Shown in pieces: positions 1 to 20,050 of a DNA stretch of 64,000 nt. Position 1 is the first letter of the stretch; the number at the start of each line of letters is the position of its first letter. Where the stretch lies: assembly GCF_009914755.1 (NCBI RefSeq), contig NC_060925.1. The stretch is one strand, 5' to 3'. The notes beneath the pieces were generated by a model. The model was not told the DNA's origin, searched no databases, and was given only the letters and a program-made list of their open reading frames with translations. This DNA comes from the human T2T-CHM13v2.0 reference genome, Homo sapiens. The position numbers and the translations under genes are program-made.

Positions 1-400
1 ACACACACCCAGCCGCTGCGTCTTCCTGTGTCCTTAGTGTGGCTTGGCAGAGCCTGCCCAGAGCCCATCCTCTCCCTTATACCTGGGCAGAGGCCAGGGG
101 CTGTGAAGGTGGCAGCACCTGCAGGTCTGGTGCCTGTGAGCCCCAGGTCCGGTGGAGCAAGGAGAGAGGAGGATGCTGGATGATGAGAGTGGGAACCCTA
201 GCAGCAAGGATGAGCACAGAAGGGGGTGCTGGCCAACGCAGCCAGGATTTGACCTAAGGATGGGGATCCCTGGCCCCCTGCTCTTGCCCAGAGCTGGTGG
301 GGGGCCTCAGTGGGCCCCAGAACCAAGAAGAGAAAGGCAAGGCCAGTGGGGCCAGACATCTGTGTGTTGACAATAAAGTTTTGTGTTGGAATCAATGTCT
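1..400 (+). other. CATSPER4: Probable 3' UTR end of the upstream gene CATSPER4, with poly(A) signal AATAAA at 372-377
   Basis: AATAAA at 372-377 followed by GT-rich sequence; no coding exon visible. Identity inferred only from recalled gene order (CATSPER4 lies upstream of CEP85 on the same strand). Confidence 0.55.
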
Positions 401-1519
401 CTGACTGGTGGATCTCCAACTCCTTGGGGCACTTGCCTGGGTCTAATAGGAAAGACAGATCTTGCCCCTCAAAATCCCGTTTGTCTGGTGGGAGAGTCAC
501 AGGCTGCCCTGAAGAGCATCCAGTCTAATGGGAGGGAGAATTGCACCCCTAAAAATTTCTGACTTAATGGTAGAGATATAACCCTTGCCCTCAGGGTCCT
601 AAGCTTTGTGGAGGAAAGTCTGGTCCTCATGGGAGGGAGCCCCTGTCTGATGAAGGAGATGGCCCTACCTGCTCTCTCCCTGTCTGAAGATGGAGACTGG
701 TCCTCACTCTGGGGAGCCCTTGTCTGATGGGATCACCAATGACCAAGTCACACAAGTACAGGCACCTCCATCCTAGGGCAATGGAGACTGACTACTTAAA
801 ATGTGGGTCCTGGCAGCTTCCTAGAGGAGAGGAAGATTTTGCGGGTCAGATGAATGAAGTCTGGTGGGGAACTTAGGACCTGTGAAGCCTATTTGGGATC
901 TTCATACTCAAGGCCACTGAGAGCCTCAGCAGGTTCCTGAGCTATGCAATCTGGGGAGAGTCAGAAAATTGTGGCAGTTATGGGCAATAGAAAGAGCTGC
1001 CTTGGAGGACAGGAAACCTCGGTTCTGGTCCTTCAGTGAGTCACTTGGCCTTGTTTTCCCCATCTGTGCGATGGAGAGAGGGTGAGATTGATCTCCATCT
1101 CTAAAATCAAATAATCCCCTCTTATCCCAGGAAGTGGAAGACCCATGGGATCAGCTATGTCCCTGGGATGCAGGTGTCAGGGGATAGCCTGGAAGGCCTG
1201 GACATCTGCCCTGTTGTTCAGCGAAGCCTGACACTTAGGGGCCGTGGCGATATTCACCAGTTGGAATGGGAGTCCCCAGAGGTCCACTGATTGCAGCTGA
1301 TGGGAAACCCCACCCCCCATCGTCCTCCCATCAGCATTGGTTCCAACTCTGAAAAGCCCCCTGGGGTCTGTTGGGAAGGAGTCTGGCCCCTGGGGATGGA
1401 TGGTGCACTCAGTAGGCAGATGAGAGGCAGCAACAGAGCCAGCAGTGCCTTACTGTCTCGGAGCCGTTAATCTATTCCCCTGTTTGAGCCAGGACTTCTT
1501 CCCAGCACCCTCCAGGACC

Positions 1520-1601
1520 ATCAGCAGCACAGAGAAGGGCACCCAGCGGATTTTGCTGCTGCTGTTGCTACTTACTGGAGATGGCGCCCTCAACCTGCCT
1601 G
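1520..1601 (+). pseudogene. ZPLD2P: ZP pseudogene exon 1: signal peptide EKGTQRILLLLLLLTGDGALNLP, start codon lost
   Basis: Basic n-region plus poly-Leu h-region, then the strong donor G|GTGAGT at 1601/1602 (phase 1), matching the next exon. In-frame ATC (1520) or ACA (1529) sits where ATG is expected. Confidence 0.7.
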
Positions 1602-2583
1602 GTGAGTATCTACATACTCTTTCCACCCATCTTTCTCTGGGGGCCCTCTCAGCCCCTCTTCTTGTTGGCCAGAGAGGGAAGAAGGTGGCAGATCAGATGG
1701 TGTCTTCAGGAGGAGCTAACAGTTTGAGTATGGCTATCCTTCACCCCTAACTGTCGAAAGGCTTGGAGCATCAGTGAGCTTACAGTCAGGAGCACAGCAG
1801 GGTGACCTCCATGGAGCTCCTGGCCTTGACCATCTATCTCCTCCAGGATGCTATTTTGTCTATCTACTCCCTTCATCTTGTTTGTCATCTCATCTGTCTC
1901 TGCCTTTGTCTTTCCCATCCGGGCCAACCTAACAGCCTGGAGTTTCAGCAGGCTAGTTCCTTCCCAAACTGGCCTGGAACTGAGGGCCCAGGAAGTCATA
2001 CTCTCCCCTTCCCCTTCCCCTTCCCTACTCCAGCAAAGAGCAACTACCACTCCCCATGCCTTACTGAGCCTGAGTTAGGAGTGGGGCCCCGGATTCTGAG
2101 CTCCTAGGACAGTGCGGGGGAAGATATTGGGAGGTGGCTGGAAATTGTGTGTCTCATCACCCCTATGGTCTCACCTGATGGGTTTCCCATCAGCTACAAT
2201 CAGTGGACCTCTGGGGACTCCCTATGAGTCCATAACTTTTACCAGGGACAGGAGCATCCTTGGCAAACTGTCCAGGAAGCAGACACCAATTCTGATGACA
2301 GGAGCAGCAGGGGATAATCATTCCCAATAGCAGTTCTACTCATTGAGTACCTACTAGGTGCTAAGCATGGTGCTGAGTGCTTCACACGCAGTATTTCATC
2401 CTCATGACCATCAGTGAAGTGGGTATGAAGAGGATATGTCCCCACGGGGGACTTATCCTCCATCACAGAACTGAGATCCTAACCCAGGTCTGACTTCAGA
2501 GCCCAGGTCACACTTCTCAAGGGAGCTTCTGTGGGCAGGAAACCTCAATATCATAAAGATGTCAATCCTCACTGAACCTATAA

Positions 2584-3051
<468 letters not shown>

Positions 3052-3793
3052 TAACAGTAAGATAATGTGGTGTTGGTTGGGGGAAAGATGGACTTTTCCA
3101 TAAGGGGGCAGGGATAACTGATTAACTATATGGAAAAAACATAAAGTCAGATTCAGTGGAAACATCCCTCCCTGCAAATAAAAACTTGAGACCCCTATAG
3201 CAAGACATATAGGTTCAGTGCAAACTAGATCTTTGTTGCAAATGGACCCCACAGATGACTAGAGTTTACAATGCTCCTCCACACTGAGCCAAGTCCCTCA
3301 CTAGGCTAAGAGGAACATGGAGGCCCAGAGAGAGGTGAGACCTTCCCCAGCGTCACCCAGCAAGCCAGTAATAGAGCCAGGTGTAGAGCGTAGGTCCCCC
3401 TACCCTTTCCAAGCATCCTTGCCAATTCCCCTGGCCTGTTGCAATCCCTTAGCTCTGCACAGGGCCAGAAGAAAGTGGGTGTGGGACTGGGCAAGGTGGC
3501 TCATGCCTACAATCCCAGCACTTTTAGAGGCCAAGGCAGGAGGATTGCTTGAGGCCAAGAGTTTGAGACCATCCTGGGTAATATAGTGAGACCTCATCTC
3601 TACAAAAAATAAAAAGAAGGCTGGGTGCAGTGGTTCACGCCTGTAATCCCAGCACTTTGGGAGGCTGAGGGGGGCAGGTCATGAGGTCAAGAGATCAAGA
3701 CCATCCTGGCCAACATGGAGAAACCCTGTCTCTACTAAAAAAATAAAAAATAAATTAGCTGGGCTTGGTGGCACGCGCCTGTAGTCCCAGCTA

Positions 3794-4334
<541 letters not shown>

Positions 4335-4428
4335 TCAGGAGGCTGAGGCAAGAGGATCACTTGAGCCCAGGAGTTTGAGGCTGCAGTGAGCCATGATTGC
4401 ACCACGGCACTACAGCCTGGGCAACTGA

Positions 4429-5191
<763 letters not shown>

Positions 5192-5206
5192 TCAAAAAAA
5201 AAAAAA

Positions 5207-5207
<1 letters not shown>

Positions 5208-5250
<43 letters not shown>

Positions 5251-5251
5251 A
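5208..5251. repeat. (GAAA)n microsatellite in an Alu tail
   Basis: Direct reading, about 10 units. Confidence 0.95.
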
Positions 5252-5807
5252 AACTGCCAAGAATGCAAAAACAGCACATCAGGTGATGGGCCTATTTCTG
5301 CCCATTACCCAGGGGAAAGAAGAAGGTTTCCAAGGAATCCAGCCCAACATAATTGATTTGGGCCTTTCTAGAGAGAGCAGCTGGCTCAACCATGAGAATA
5401 AAGCTGTGTTTTTGTAAGGCAGTGCAGTGTGGTAGGGAAGGCATTGGGTTCTGGTGTCTGATGGACTTTGTTTCAAATGCAGTGGCACCACTTCCTGGCT
5501 GTGTGACCTTGGACAGATGTCTTCACCTGTCTGATCCTCAGTTTCTTCATTTGATAAATGGAAATAATAGTCCTTTTCTACAGGTTGGTTGTAAGGATTT
5601 AATGTGCCTGTGCATTGGAGCAGCACCTTACCTGGGCAGGGTGACACTTGAACAATATCAAAATGATCCTTGACTGCTATGACACTCAATGAAACACTCG
5701 GCTTGCAGTTAGGGGTCATATTGTTCAAAAAATTCATATCTTTAGGCCGGGCACAGTGGCTCATCCCTGTAATCCCAGCACTTTGGGAGGCTGAGACAAG
5801 CAGATCA

Positions 5808-6083
<276 letters not shown>

Positions 6084-6616
6084 CTAATATCAAACAAGAC
6101 ATCAAGAAATCAAACACCAATTGAGATAACAGATTTCTGTCTTTTACTGACTTGCACTGTCTAGAGTAGCCATTGAGTGGAATGAGACATAGTTACCTGC
6201 ACAAGTAAAATTCTCTCTCCCTGGTATACATCTGTTGAAATCTATTGGCACAGAGCTGGCACATAAATGTGAGCTGGTAAGATTTACATATGTATGTAAA
6301 TCAACACCCACTACATTATATATAATATATATTTATATATGTATATATAATATATATTTATATGTATATATAATATATATTTATATGTATATATATTTTA
6401 TATATATAATTTTATTTTAGAGATAGGGTCTCACTTCGTCATCCAGGCTGGAGTGCAGTGGCACAATCAGAGCTTGCTATAACCTTAGATTCCCGGGCTT
6501 AATCAATCCTCCCGCCTCAGCCTCCCAAAGTGCTGAGATTATAGGCGTGAGCCACTGTGCACGACCTGATATTATTTTTAGGGAGTCTCCCAGTAAGAAT
6601 ATTTGACAAGTCATAA

Positions 6617-6895
<279 letters not shown>

Positions 6896-7158
6896 TGATC
6901 TCGAACTCCTGACCTCATGATCTGCCCACCTCAGCCTCCCAAAGTGCTGGGATTACAGGCATGAGCTACCATGCCCGGCCTCTTTTTTTAATTTTTATTT
7001 TTCTCTACTTAGATGGGGTCTCGCTATGTTGAGCAGGCTGGTCTCAAACTCCTGCCCTCAAGTATTCCTCCCATCTCGGTCTCCCAAAGTGCTAGGATTA
7101 TAGGCATGAGTCACAATACCCAGTCTAGATTACCTTCTGTTTATTTGTTTTTTCACAG

Positions 7159-8354
7159 GCAGTGTTACAATCTGGGGAGTTGTGTCAAAAACAATACACT
7201 CCACAGAAGACTCTGCACCTGAGGAAATTATATTGTGTTCATCTACAACTTCAACTCTGTTTAACAAAGGGAAAGACAATGTCTCTCCAGCTGTACTTAA
7301 CAGTTCACCAACAACTGACAAGACATCAACATCTGAGTCCCAGAAGCATACAACACCAGCTGCTCCTCCAACCTCTCCACAAACAGCAGCTCTAATGGGT
7401 CCACTGAGCAGACAACTTCAATACAAAAAACTCAGGAAGAGAAATTAAACACAACTATCAGCACAACCTCCAAGGGTACACTGCTGCCAAATTCCATCAT
7501 GACTTCTACATTGAAGGACCAGGGAGGGATATCAAGAACCACAGCTTTATCCAGCACGGCCTCTTCAGTTGAGACCCCAAAACAGAATCAGGAAACTCCA
7601 ATTATAACTCCATCAGCATCAAACACCACAGTCAATGGGACACAATCATCAGTGTCCATTGGCTTTCAGGAATCAGACACAATCACATCCCCAACAGCAC
7701 TGAACACACCAGGCAGTGATGTTCAATCATCTGGGTCCATGGCAACCACTGTCTCTGGGAAGTCAGCTATAACTACATCCCCAACAGCAAAGAGCACGCC
7801 AGGCCATCATGTTCAATCATCCGGGTCCATGGCAACCACTGTCTCTGGGAAGTCAGCTATAACTACATCCCCAACAGCACTGAACAAAACCACTGGCATA
7901 AAAGAATCTTCACCCATGACAGCCAGCGAAGTTATGCACACTACCTTGCTAAACACAACCACTCTCGGGACAACTCTTCTTGGAACAACTACATCTGAGA
8001 CTCAGGAAGGAAAAACTACAGCTGCATCCTTATCCCCAACAACCACCTCCATGATAAGCAAGTTGTCTGGAACACATCATAACACAGTCTCACAGACACC
8101 TTCCCATCTGGCAGAATCAACCTCCAGTGTTGCCACTGCTATAATCCAGTCACATGAGATGACAGCTGCTCATTCCACAGGCCTTCTCCCCAGGTCCTCG
8201 GAAACAACAAAATCCTCTGCTGTAACTGGGGCCAGTCAAACCTCCCCTAAACACACCCAGAGTAGTGGTCCCAGAGTTGGAGCCTGTGCTTTGGATGAGT
8301 ATGCAGGTAGCAGGGGAGTTTGTATGTGCAATGACAGCTACTACTTCCACGCGG
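7159..8354 (+). pseudogene. ZPLD2P: ZP pseudogene exon 2: ~400-codon Ser/Thr-rich mucin-like stalk ending in an EGF-like remnant; frameshifted
   Basis: Acceptor tttttcacag|GC at 7158/7159; ORFs 7182-7448 and 7499-8377 are both S/T-rich but in different frames (shift between 7337 and 7445, probably near 7398); ends CALDEYAGSRGVCMCNDSYYFHA then G|GTAAGT at 8354/8355. Confidence 0.85.
7685..7886 (+). repeat. 90-bp (30-aa) tandem repeat in the mucin exon, ~2.2 copies
   Basis: ACATCCCCAACAGCA recurs at 7685, 7775 and 7865; unit TSPTALNTPGSDVQSSGSMATTVSGKSAIT / TSPTAKSTPGHHVQSSGSMATTVSGKSAIT. Confidence 0.95.
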
Positions 8355-8978
8355 GTAAGTCTGAGGAACTCATGTGAGTAAAACAAAGAAGAGGTGGGGG
8401 CCAGAGTGGACACCATAATTCTGTGAAGTCTCAAAGGGTCCAAAGGGTATGAGAGGGCCAGTGAAGTTTGGTAAGACGTTGGCATCTTCTGAGTCCACCT
8501 GGGTAGAGGTGATTTCTGGTGGGAAGACAGGCAGCTGGGCATATGGGATAGAGTGCACAATTTTTCAGCTCCAGCCCCCAGGACTCTAGCTACTGTCCAG
8601 AGATGAAACTTTCCTGGGGGAAGGAGCTGCACCAAAGACAAGAACTGTAGTTCCAGCGGAGGCCTGGAAGGCCAGGTGGAAAAACTAAGGCAAAAGTCTG
8701 ACTGTTGGGGCAAGTCAGTGTGGCAGATATTACAGAAAGGCTGAGTTCACAGGGCCTCCGACAGGCAGTGCCACAAACTCCCAGATCCATCCTCTGCAGG
8801 CCTGAAGCTGGGTCTAAGACAGCAAAAAGATAATAATATCCCCCAAACATATGTTCTTCACGGTTGAAATAATTCTAACCTCTCCTCCCCCAAGCATTTA
8901 AATTTAACAAGTCTGGGCGCAGTGACTCATGCCCGTAATCCCAGCACTTTGGGAGGCTGAGATGGGAGGATCACTTGA

Positions 8979-9191
<213 letters not shown>

Positions 9192-10233
9192 TAGATAATT
9201 TTTGTATTTTTAGTAGAGAGGGGGTTTCACCATATTGGCCAGGATGGTCTCAATCTCTTGACCTTGTGATCCATCAGCCTCAGCCTCCCAAAGTGCTGGC
9301 ATTACAGGCGTGAGCCACTGCGCCAGACCCCTGTCTCTATTTTCAATAAAATATAATAAAATATACTTAACAAAATTCTGCTTTTCCTAAAATGACTATT
9401 GTGTCTTTTTTTTAAAAAAATCTAATTCCTTTAAGAAATATTTCTTTGGCATTCCTGCCTTGGTCTATTGGGTAGTCCTGCCTTGGGATGAAGCTTTTGT
9501 TACATGCAAAACCGGCAGTGCTTAACTTATGGGTCACTGTTTTCCAAAATGTATTTCCTGGGACACCAGTGCTATGTGATTGCAATAGACATTTCACTTA
9601 AAAAAAAAAGTTCTATTGTCATATACATTTGGGAAATGCTGGATTCAACAAAATTGTGTCTCGACTGAAGAACTTTTCAGAGCCTTTAATATTCCACTGT
9701 TTCCTGTGACTTCCTAGCAGCAGATTATAGCATATATTTCCTAAGATTATTTGTTCCTAGAATCCTCATTCTAAGGAATGTTCATGCAGCACCTTGGGAT
9801 ATCTATTGCAGAGCAGGGGAGCTAAGCAGGGCTGTGCAAGGTAGAAGTCCAATCCAGGTGGTTTTTAGTCAAGCCTTGAGGCAGATGCTGGCCCATTAGA
9901 GGGTTGTCACTACCTCAGCAGACTCTCAGTAAAACCAGGGTTATGTGCCAACTTGTACATGCTGCATGTGCCCCTCCACAGAAAATATGACGTACATCAT
10001 CGAGTTTTCACACATTGAGAATGAGACAGCTTTTCCTTTTGTGTTATTTCTTTCCCCCTGTGGGTAAGAAGAACATGGGCTCTGCCAGATAAACTGGGTT
10101 TGAACTGTGTCTCATTTTCTTTCGCTAGGTATACGACTGCATTTACCTACCAGCTATTATTAATATGATTTGGCACTTTGTATCACAATATACGATTGAC
10201 TGCAATTGACTGCAACAACAGAATGTTACGTGA

Positions 10234-10464
<231 letters not shown>

Positions 10465-10704
10465 TAAAATTTTTCGTAGAGATGGGGTCTCACTATGTTG
10501 CTCAGGATGGTCTTGAAGTCCTGGGTTCAAGTGATCCTGCCACCTCAGGCTCCTAAAATGCTAGGATTATAGGCGTGAACCACTGCACCTAGCAGCATCT
10601 GCTCTTAAGTTACAGCTCATCCCTCTGACCAAATATGCCTGCCAAAATAGAAACAGTAAACTTTAAAAAAAGAAAGAAAATTATATTTAAATTCAAAGTA
10701 ATAA

Positions 10705-10935
<231 letters not shown>

Positions 10936-11036
10936 TAGGGACAAGGCTCTTGCTATTGCCCAGGCTGGTGTCAAATTCCTGGCCTTAAGCAATCCTTCTG
11001 CCTCGGCCTTCCAAAGTGCTGGGATTACAGGCATGA

Positions 11037-11285
<249 letters not shown>

Positions 11286-11343
11286 TAGCCTGCTCTTCAA
11301 TGCCTGGATGCAAGCGATCCTCCCGCCTTGGGCTCCCAAAGTT

Positions 11344-11380
<37 letters not shown>

Positions 11381-12381
11381 CGGAGTCTTGCTCTGTCGCC
11401 CTGGCTGGAGTGCAGTGGTGCAATCTCGGCTCACTGCAAGCTCTGCCTCCCGGGTTCACGCCATTCTCCTGCCTCAGCCTCTCTGAGTAGCTGGGACTAC
11501 AGGCGCCCACCACCACTCCCGGCTAATTTTTTGTATTTTTAGTAGAGACGGGGTTTCACCGTGGTGTCGATCTCCTGACCTCGTGATCCACCTGCCTCGG
11601 CCTCCCAAAGTACTGGGATTACAAGCGTGAGCCACCGCGCCCGGCCATAACTTTACTTTTAAATTACTAACTTTTAAGCAGTTCATTCAAAATTCAATAG
11701 AAAGTATGAAGAGAGCAGATGCAAAAAGAAGGGAAGGTTAAGTATTAGCTTCTCATTCATCACTCAAATAGCACTGGTATTTGGCATGTATCAGTTAGGA
11801 TACTTTGTGTTGCAAGTAGCAGAAACCCAACTCTAATTGGCTTGAGTAAAATACATAAATGTTTTTTAAAAATTGAAAACATGAGCCTAGCCAACATAGG
11901 GAGACCCTGTCTCTACCAAAAATATTGAAATGAGCCAGTGTGATGGCATGCACCTGTAGTCCCAACTACTTGGAAGCAGGTGGGAGGATCACTTGAGCCT
12001 AGGACTTTCAGGCTGTAGTGAGCCAAGAGTATGCCACTGCATTTCAGCCTGGGTGACAGAGAGAGACCCTTACTCAAAAAAAAAAAAAAAAAAAAAAAGG
12101 AAAACATGAGGCCAGGCGCAGTGTCTCACGCCTGTAATCCCAGCACTTTGGGAGGCCAAGGTGGGTGGATTGCTTGAGTCCAGGAATTTGAGACCAGCCT
12201 GAGTAACATGGCGAAACCCCATCTCTACAAAAAATACAAAAATTAGCCAGGCATGGTGGCATGCCTGTAGTCTCAGCTACTCAGGAGGCTGAGGTGGGAG
12301 GATCACTTGAGCCCAGGAGGTGGATATTGCAGTGAGCCAAGATTACACTCCAGCTTGGGCGACAGAGTGAGATCCATCTCC

Positions 12382-12414
<33 letters not shown>

Positions 12415-13472
12415 GAAAACATGAAACAAAATAAAACAAACTTTGTTGGCTCATGAAACTGGACCTGCAGACTCTGAAGCCCCTCCCTCCAGGTTCTCAA
12501 GCACCCCCATCCTTCCCTCAGGGCTCTCTTCCATGAGTTTAGACTTCTCCAGACTGAAAGAGTCATTGACTCCAAGCAGTCTAGGCCCCTCGAAAAAACT
12601 ACAAGGCCTGGCTTCCAGATTGGAATAGGAGGAAAATCACAGAGAACTTAACAAATTAATATCTCAAAAAATAATCTTGCCAGACAAGTAACAGAAACCA
12701 AGTGGGCTAAAGAAAAACAGTGTCTCATGGAGGCCAAGGGCAGGCTCCAGCCAGGTTCTCCAAGGACTGGAACTGGATCTGGGAATGTAGTGGGAACCAG
12801 GGGGCTGCTTCTCTCTCCACTCAGTCTTGCTCCTCCCATTCCACACCTGCACCCACTCTGTCCCTCCCACCTCCCAGCCCACATGACAGAAGACGACCAC
12901 CTCACCTCTCAAGCTTTATGCTGCCTCCTTTGAGGCCCAGTTCCTAATTTCTGGGAAAGAGATTCTGAGTGGATCAGCTAAGGCCAGGGGCCAGGGTCCC
13001 ACAGGGCAACAACTATGGCTGTGAGGGAGAGTCCTTGTTTTTTTTTAGACAGAGTCTTGCTTTGTCGCCCAGGCTGGAGTGCAGTGGCACAAGCTCAGCT
13101 CACTGCAACCTCCGCCTCTGGGTTCAAGAGATTCTCCACCCTCAGCCTCCAGAGTAGCTGGGACTACAGTCATGTGCCACTGCGTCCGGCTAAGTTTTGT
13201 GTTTGTAGTAAACACCAGGTTTCACCATGTTGGCCAGGCTGGTCTCAAACTCCTGACCTCAGGTGATCTGCCTGCCTCAGCTTCCCAGAGTGCTGGGATT
13301 ACAGACGTGAGCTCCCACACCCGGCGGAGAGTCCTTGTTTAAGGAAGTGTTTGCGAATTGGGCTAATATCCCAACAATGTCTCCTCCCCCAACATTAGAA
13401 CTCGAATCTCCTCCCGTGGCATCATCCCAGGAGCCTCAGGAGGCTCCTGCCCTGGCTCTTGTCCTCCTACAG

Positions 13473-13678
13473 AACTGTCCAGGGTGTCGGTGAGCCTACA
13501 CTGCTGGCCGCAGAAAATCGAGGTGGTCCTGAGCAGCTGCATCCTGCAGACTCGCCGCTGGATGCTGATGAAAGATGCCTTCTCAGGATGCTCCAGCATC
13601 AGCAAGATAGAACAGGGTCTCCGTGTCCAGGTCTTCCTGTTAGAGAAGAAGGAGGGTACCTGTGGACTTCGCCTCTCT
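13473..13678 (+). pseudogene. ZPLD2P: ZP pseudogene exon 3: first part of ZP-N
   Basis: cctacag|AA (phase 1) to TCT|GTAAGC (phase 0); ELSRVSVSLHCWPQKIEVVLSSC...SGC...EGTCGLRLS, matching uromodulin LECGANDMKVSLGKC...SRC...DGPCGTVLT. Confidence 0.88.
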
Positions 13679-14078
13679 GTAAGCAAACTGGGAGAGGTCA
13701 CCTGATGGTGGGAGGGACCGGGAAAGGAGTGATTGGCCACCAGTCATGACTTTATTTCCATCTGACTAAGAAATTCTCTGGAATGGAGTCAAATCCCAGC
13801 CATCAGGACCAGTCTTTTTGAGAGAAAAGACTGTGTTGTCCCCCTTCAGACTGGGAACACCTTTGTGGGTGATACCATGTTTGATGGATTGAGCTATTGG
13901 CTTCCAAACTGTTGTCAGCCATGGAACCCTCTAAAATAATAACAATCACAGCCACAATCAATATTTATTAATTTCTTACCATGTGCCATGTGTCATGGTC
14001 AAATACTTTTTTACAGGCATTATCTCACTAAATTTTCACAGTAAACCTGTGAGGTTCCCATTTGAAAGATAGTAGTGG

Positions 14079-14563
14079 TATGGAATGAGACCACCACTTC
14101 TCCTGTTGTCCTTCCCAGCTTCTCCCCCACCTCCCCTTTTCCCTAGTTTATAAGACAGGAGAAAAAAGAGAAAGCAAAAAGTAAGAAAGAAGCAGAAGTA
14201 AGATAAATAGCTAGACGACCTTGGTGCCACCACCTGGCCCTGGTAGTTATAATAATAATAATAACCCCTCACCAAAACTACTGGTGTTATCTGTAAATTC
14301 CAGACATTGCATAAGAAAGCACTGTAAAACTTTTTGTTCTGTTAGCTGATGTATGTAGCCCCCAGTCACGTTCTCACACTTACTTGATCTATCATGACCG
14401 TTTTACGTAGACCCATTAAAGTTGTAAGCCCTTAAAAATAATTTCTCTTTCGGAGAGCTTGGCTCTTAAGACGTGAATCTGCCGATGCTCCCGGCCGAAT
14501 AAAAACCTCTTCCTTCTTTAATCCGGTGTCTAAGAAGTTTTGTCTGCAGCTTGTCCTGCTACA
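14079..14563 (+). mobile_element. Solo class I ERV LTR (LTR15-like), 485 bp
   Basis: Ends ...TTGTCCTGCTACA as HERV-E/HERV15-group LTRs do; internal AATAAA at 14498-14503; 4-bp target duplication GTGG (14075-14078, 14564-14567); interrupts a MIR-like relic. Subfamily name is recalled. Confidence 0.8.
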
Positions 14564-14998
14564 GTGGAAGGCCCAGTCATGTTGAGGGATTTTCCCAAAT
14601 CACACGGCTAGCTATTACAGAGTGGTTTGTGCTCCTCACTGCTCACTGATGCTGCCACCTCCTTTCTTTGGGAGGGGTCTTACATAAAAGCCAAATATAA
14701 AAATAAATACGTAGAAGTAGAGCAGTTCTGACTGAATGGGGGAGAGTGCCCTGCCAGGTCAGTTCCCCTCAACACATAGACTGGCTTTCACATCCCTTCA
14801 AGGGGGTGCCGGGGCTCCCCAGGCTCAGTTTAACAATCAGAGTTTGTCCTAAAGACATGGTTTAGGCCGGGCGCACTGGCTCACACCTGTAATCCCAGCA
14901 CTTTGGGAGGCCAAGGCGGACAGATAATGAAGTCAGGAGTTCAAGACCAGCCTGGCCAATATGGTGAAACACTGTCTCCACTAAAAATACAAAAATTA

Positions 14999-15245
<247 letters not shown>

Positions 15246-15261
15246 TTAGCTTATGGAATAG

Positions 15262-15519
<258 letters not shown>

Positions 15520-15649
15520 TAGTAGAGACAGGGTTTCAGTATGTTGGCCAGGCTGGTCTCGAACACCTGACCTCGTGATCCACCCGCCTCGGCCTCTCAA
15601 AGTGCTGAGATTACAGGCATGAGCCACTGCACCCACCCTCTCAGTGTTC

Positions 15650-18347
<2,698 letters not shown>

Positions 18348-18646
18348 ATTTTGATTCTTAAAACAAACAAATAAACAAACAAAAAACCTAGATAAGCTGG
18401 GAATGATGGTGCACACCTGTAATCCCAGCTACCCTGTAAGCTGAGGCAGGAGGATAGCTTGAGGCCAGGAGTTCAAATCTAGCCTAGGCTGCATAGGGAG
18501 ACCCTGTCTCTAAGAACAAACAAACGAACAAACAAAAACCTATATAAACAAAATCTGAAAAGATATTCAAATCTTGGGATAGAGACCAGGACTTGGCATT
18601 TTAATAAGCACTCCAGTGATTCTTTTATTTTTCCCAAGGGATTCTA

Positions 18647-18883
<237 letters not shown>

Positions 18884-19088
18884 TCAGGAGGCTGAGGCAC
18901 AAGAATCACTTGAACTCTGGAGGTGAAGGTTGTAGTGAGCCAAGATCACATCACTGCACTCCAGCTTGGGCGACAGAGCGAGAACTTGTCTCAAAAAAAC
19001 ACAACAAAAACAAAACAAAACAAAACAAACCACAAACATACAAGCCCTGGAAACAGAGAATTCTGGCTCCATTACTTGCTTTGGATAA

Positions 19089-19271
<183 letters not shown>

Positions 19272-20050
19272 TAGAGACGGGGTTTCTCCATGTTGGTCAG
19301 TCTGGTGTCTAACTCCTGACCTCAGGTGATCCACCCTCCTCGGCATCCCAAAGTGCTGGGATTACAGGCGTGAGCCACAGTGCCCAGCCCGGATAAGACT
19401 TTTAACCTTTCTAAGCCTGTTTGATCTTCTGTAAAATGGGATAACTCCCCTCAGAGAATTGTGGTTAAGCCACAGTGCCTGGAATACAGCCCATGCTCAG
19501 TAAACTTCAGCTACCACTTTTTTTTTTCTTTTTTCTTTTTTTTGAGACAGAGTCTTGCTCAGTCACCCAGGCTGGAGTGCAGTGGCACGATCTCTGCTCA
19601 CTCCAACCCCTGCCTCCCAGGTTGAAGTGATCCTCCTGCCTCAGCCTCCCGAATAGCTGGGATTATAGGTGCCTGCCACCATGACCAGCTAATTTTTTGT
19701 ATTTTTAGTAGAGACGGGGTTTCATCATATTGGCCAGACTGGTCTGGAACTCCTGATCTCAAGCAATCCACATGCCTCGGCCTCCCAAAGTGCTGGGATT
19801 ACAGCCACCACGCCCAGCAATCACTTTTATTTAAATAAACAACTTGCAGCCGGGAATCACTTGAACCGGGGAGGCGGAGGTTGCAGTGAGCCAAGATCGT
19901 GCCACTGCACTCCAGCCTGGGCAACACAGCAAGACTGTCTTAAAAAAATAAATAAAATAAAATAAGTAAACAATTTGCAGCAAATGAGGGTGGGAGAAGG
20001 CATCTTCTCTGGAGATCTGAGAGTAATGGCAGTCTTCTTGTCCTCTCTAG

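Noticed and set aside
1466-1478. GTTAATCTATTCC as an HNF1 site, by analogy with UMOD regulation
   Set aside because: Only one half-site matches GTTAATNATTAAC; too weak to call.
6310-6415. AT-rich TATA-like run
   Set aside because: Low-complexity expansion at an Alu tail, with no promoter context.
7499-8377. 292-aa Ser/Thr-rich ORF as a stand-alone mucin gene
   Set aside because: It is the post-frameshift part of ZP pseudogene exon 2, has no signal peptide and runs through a splice donor at 8355.
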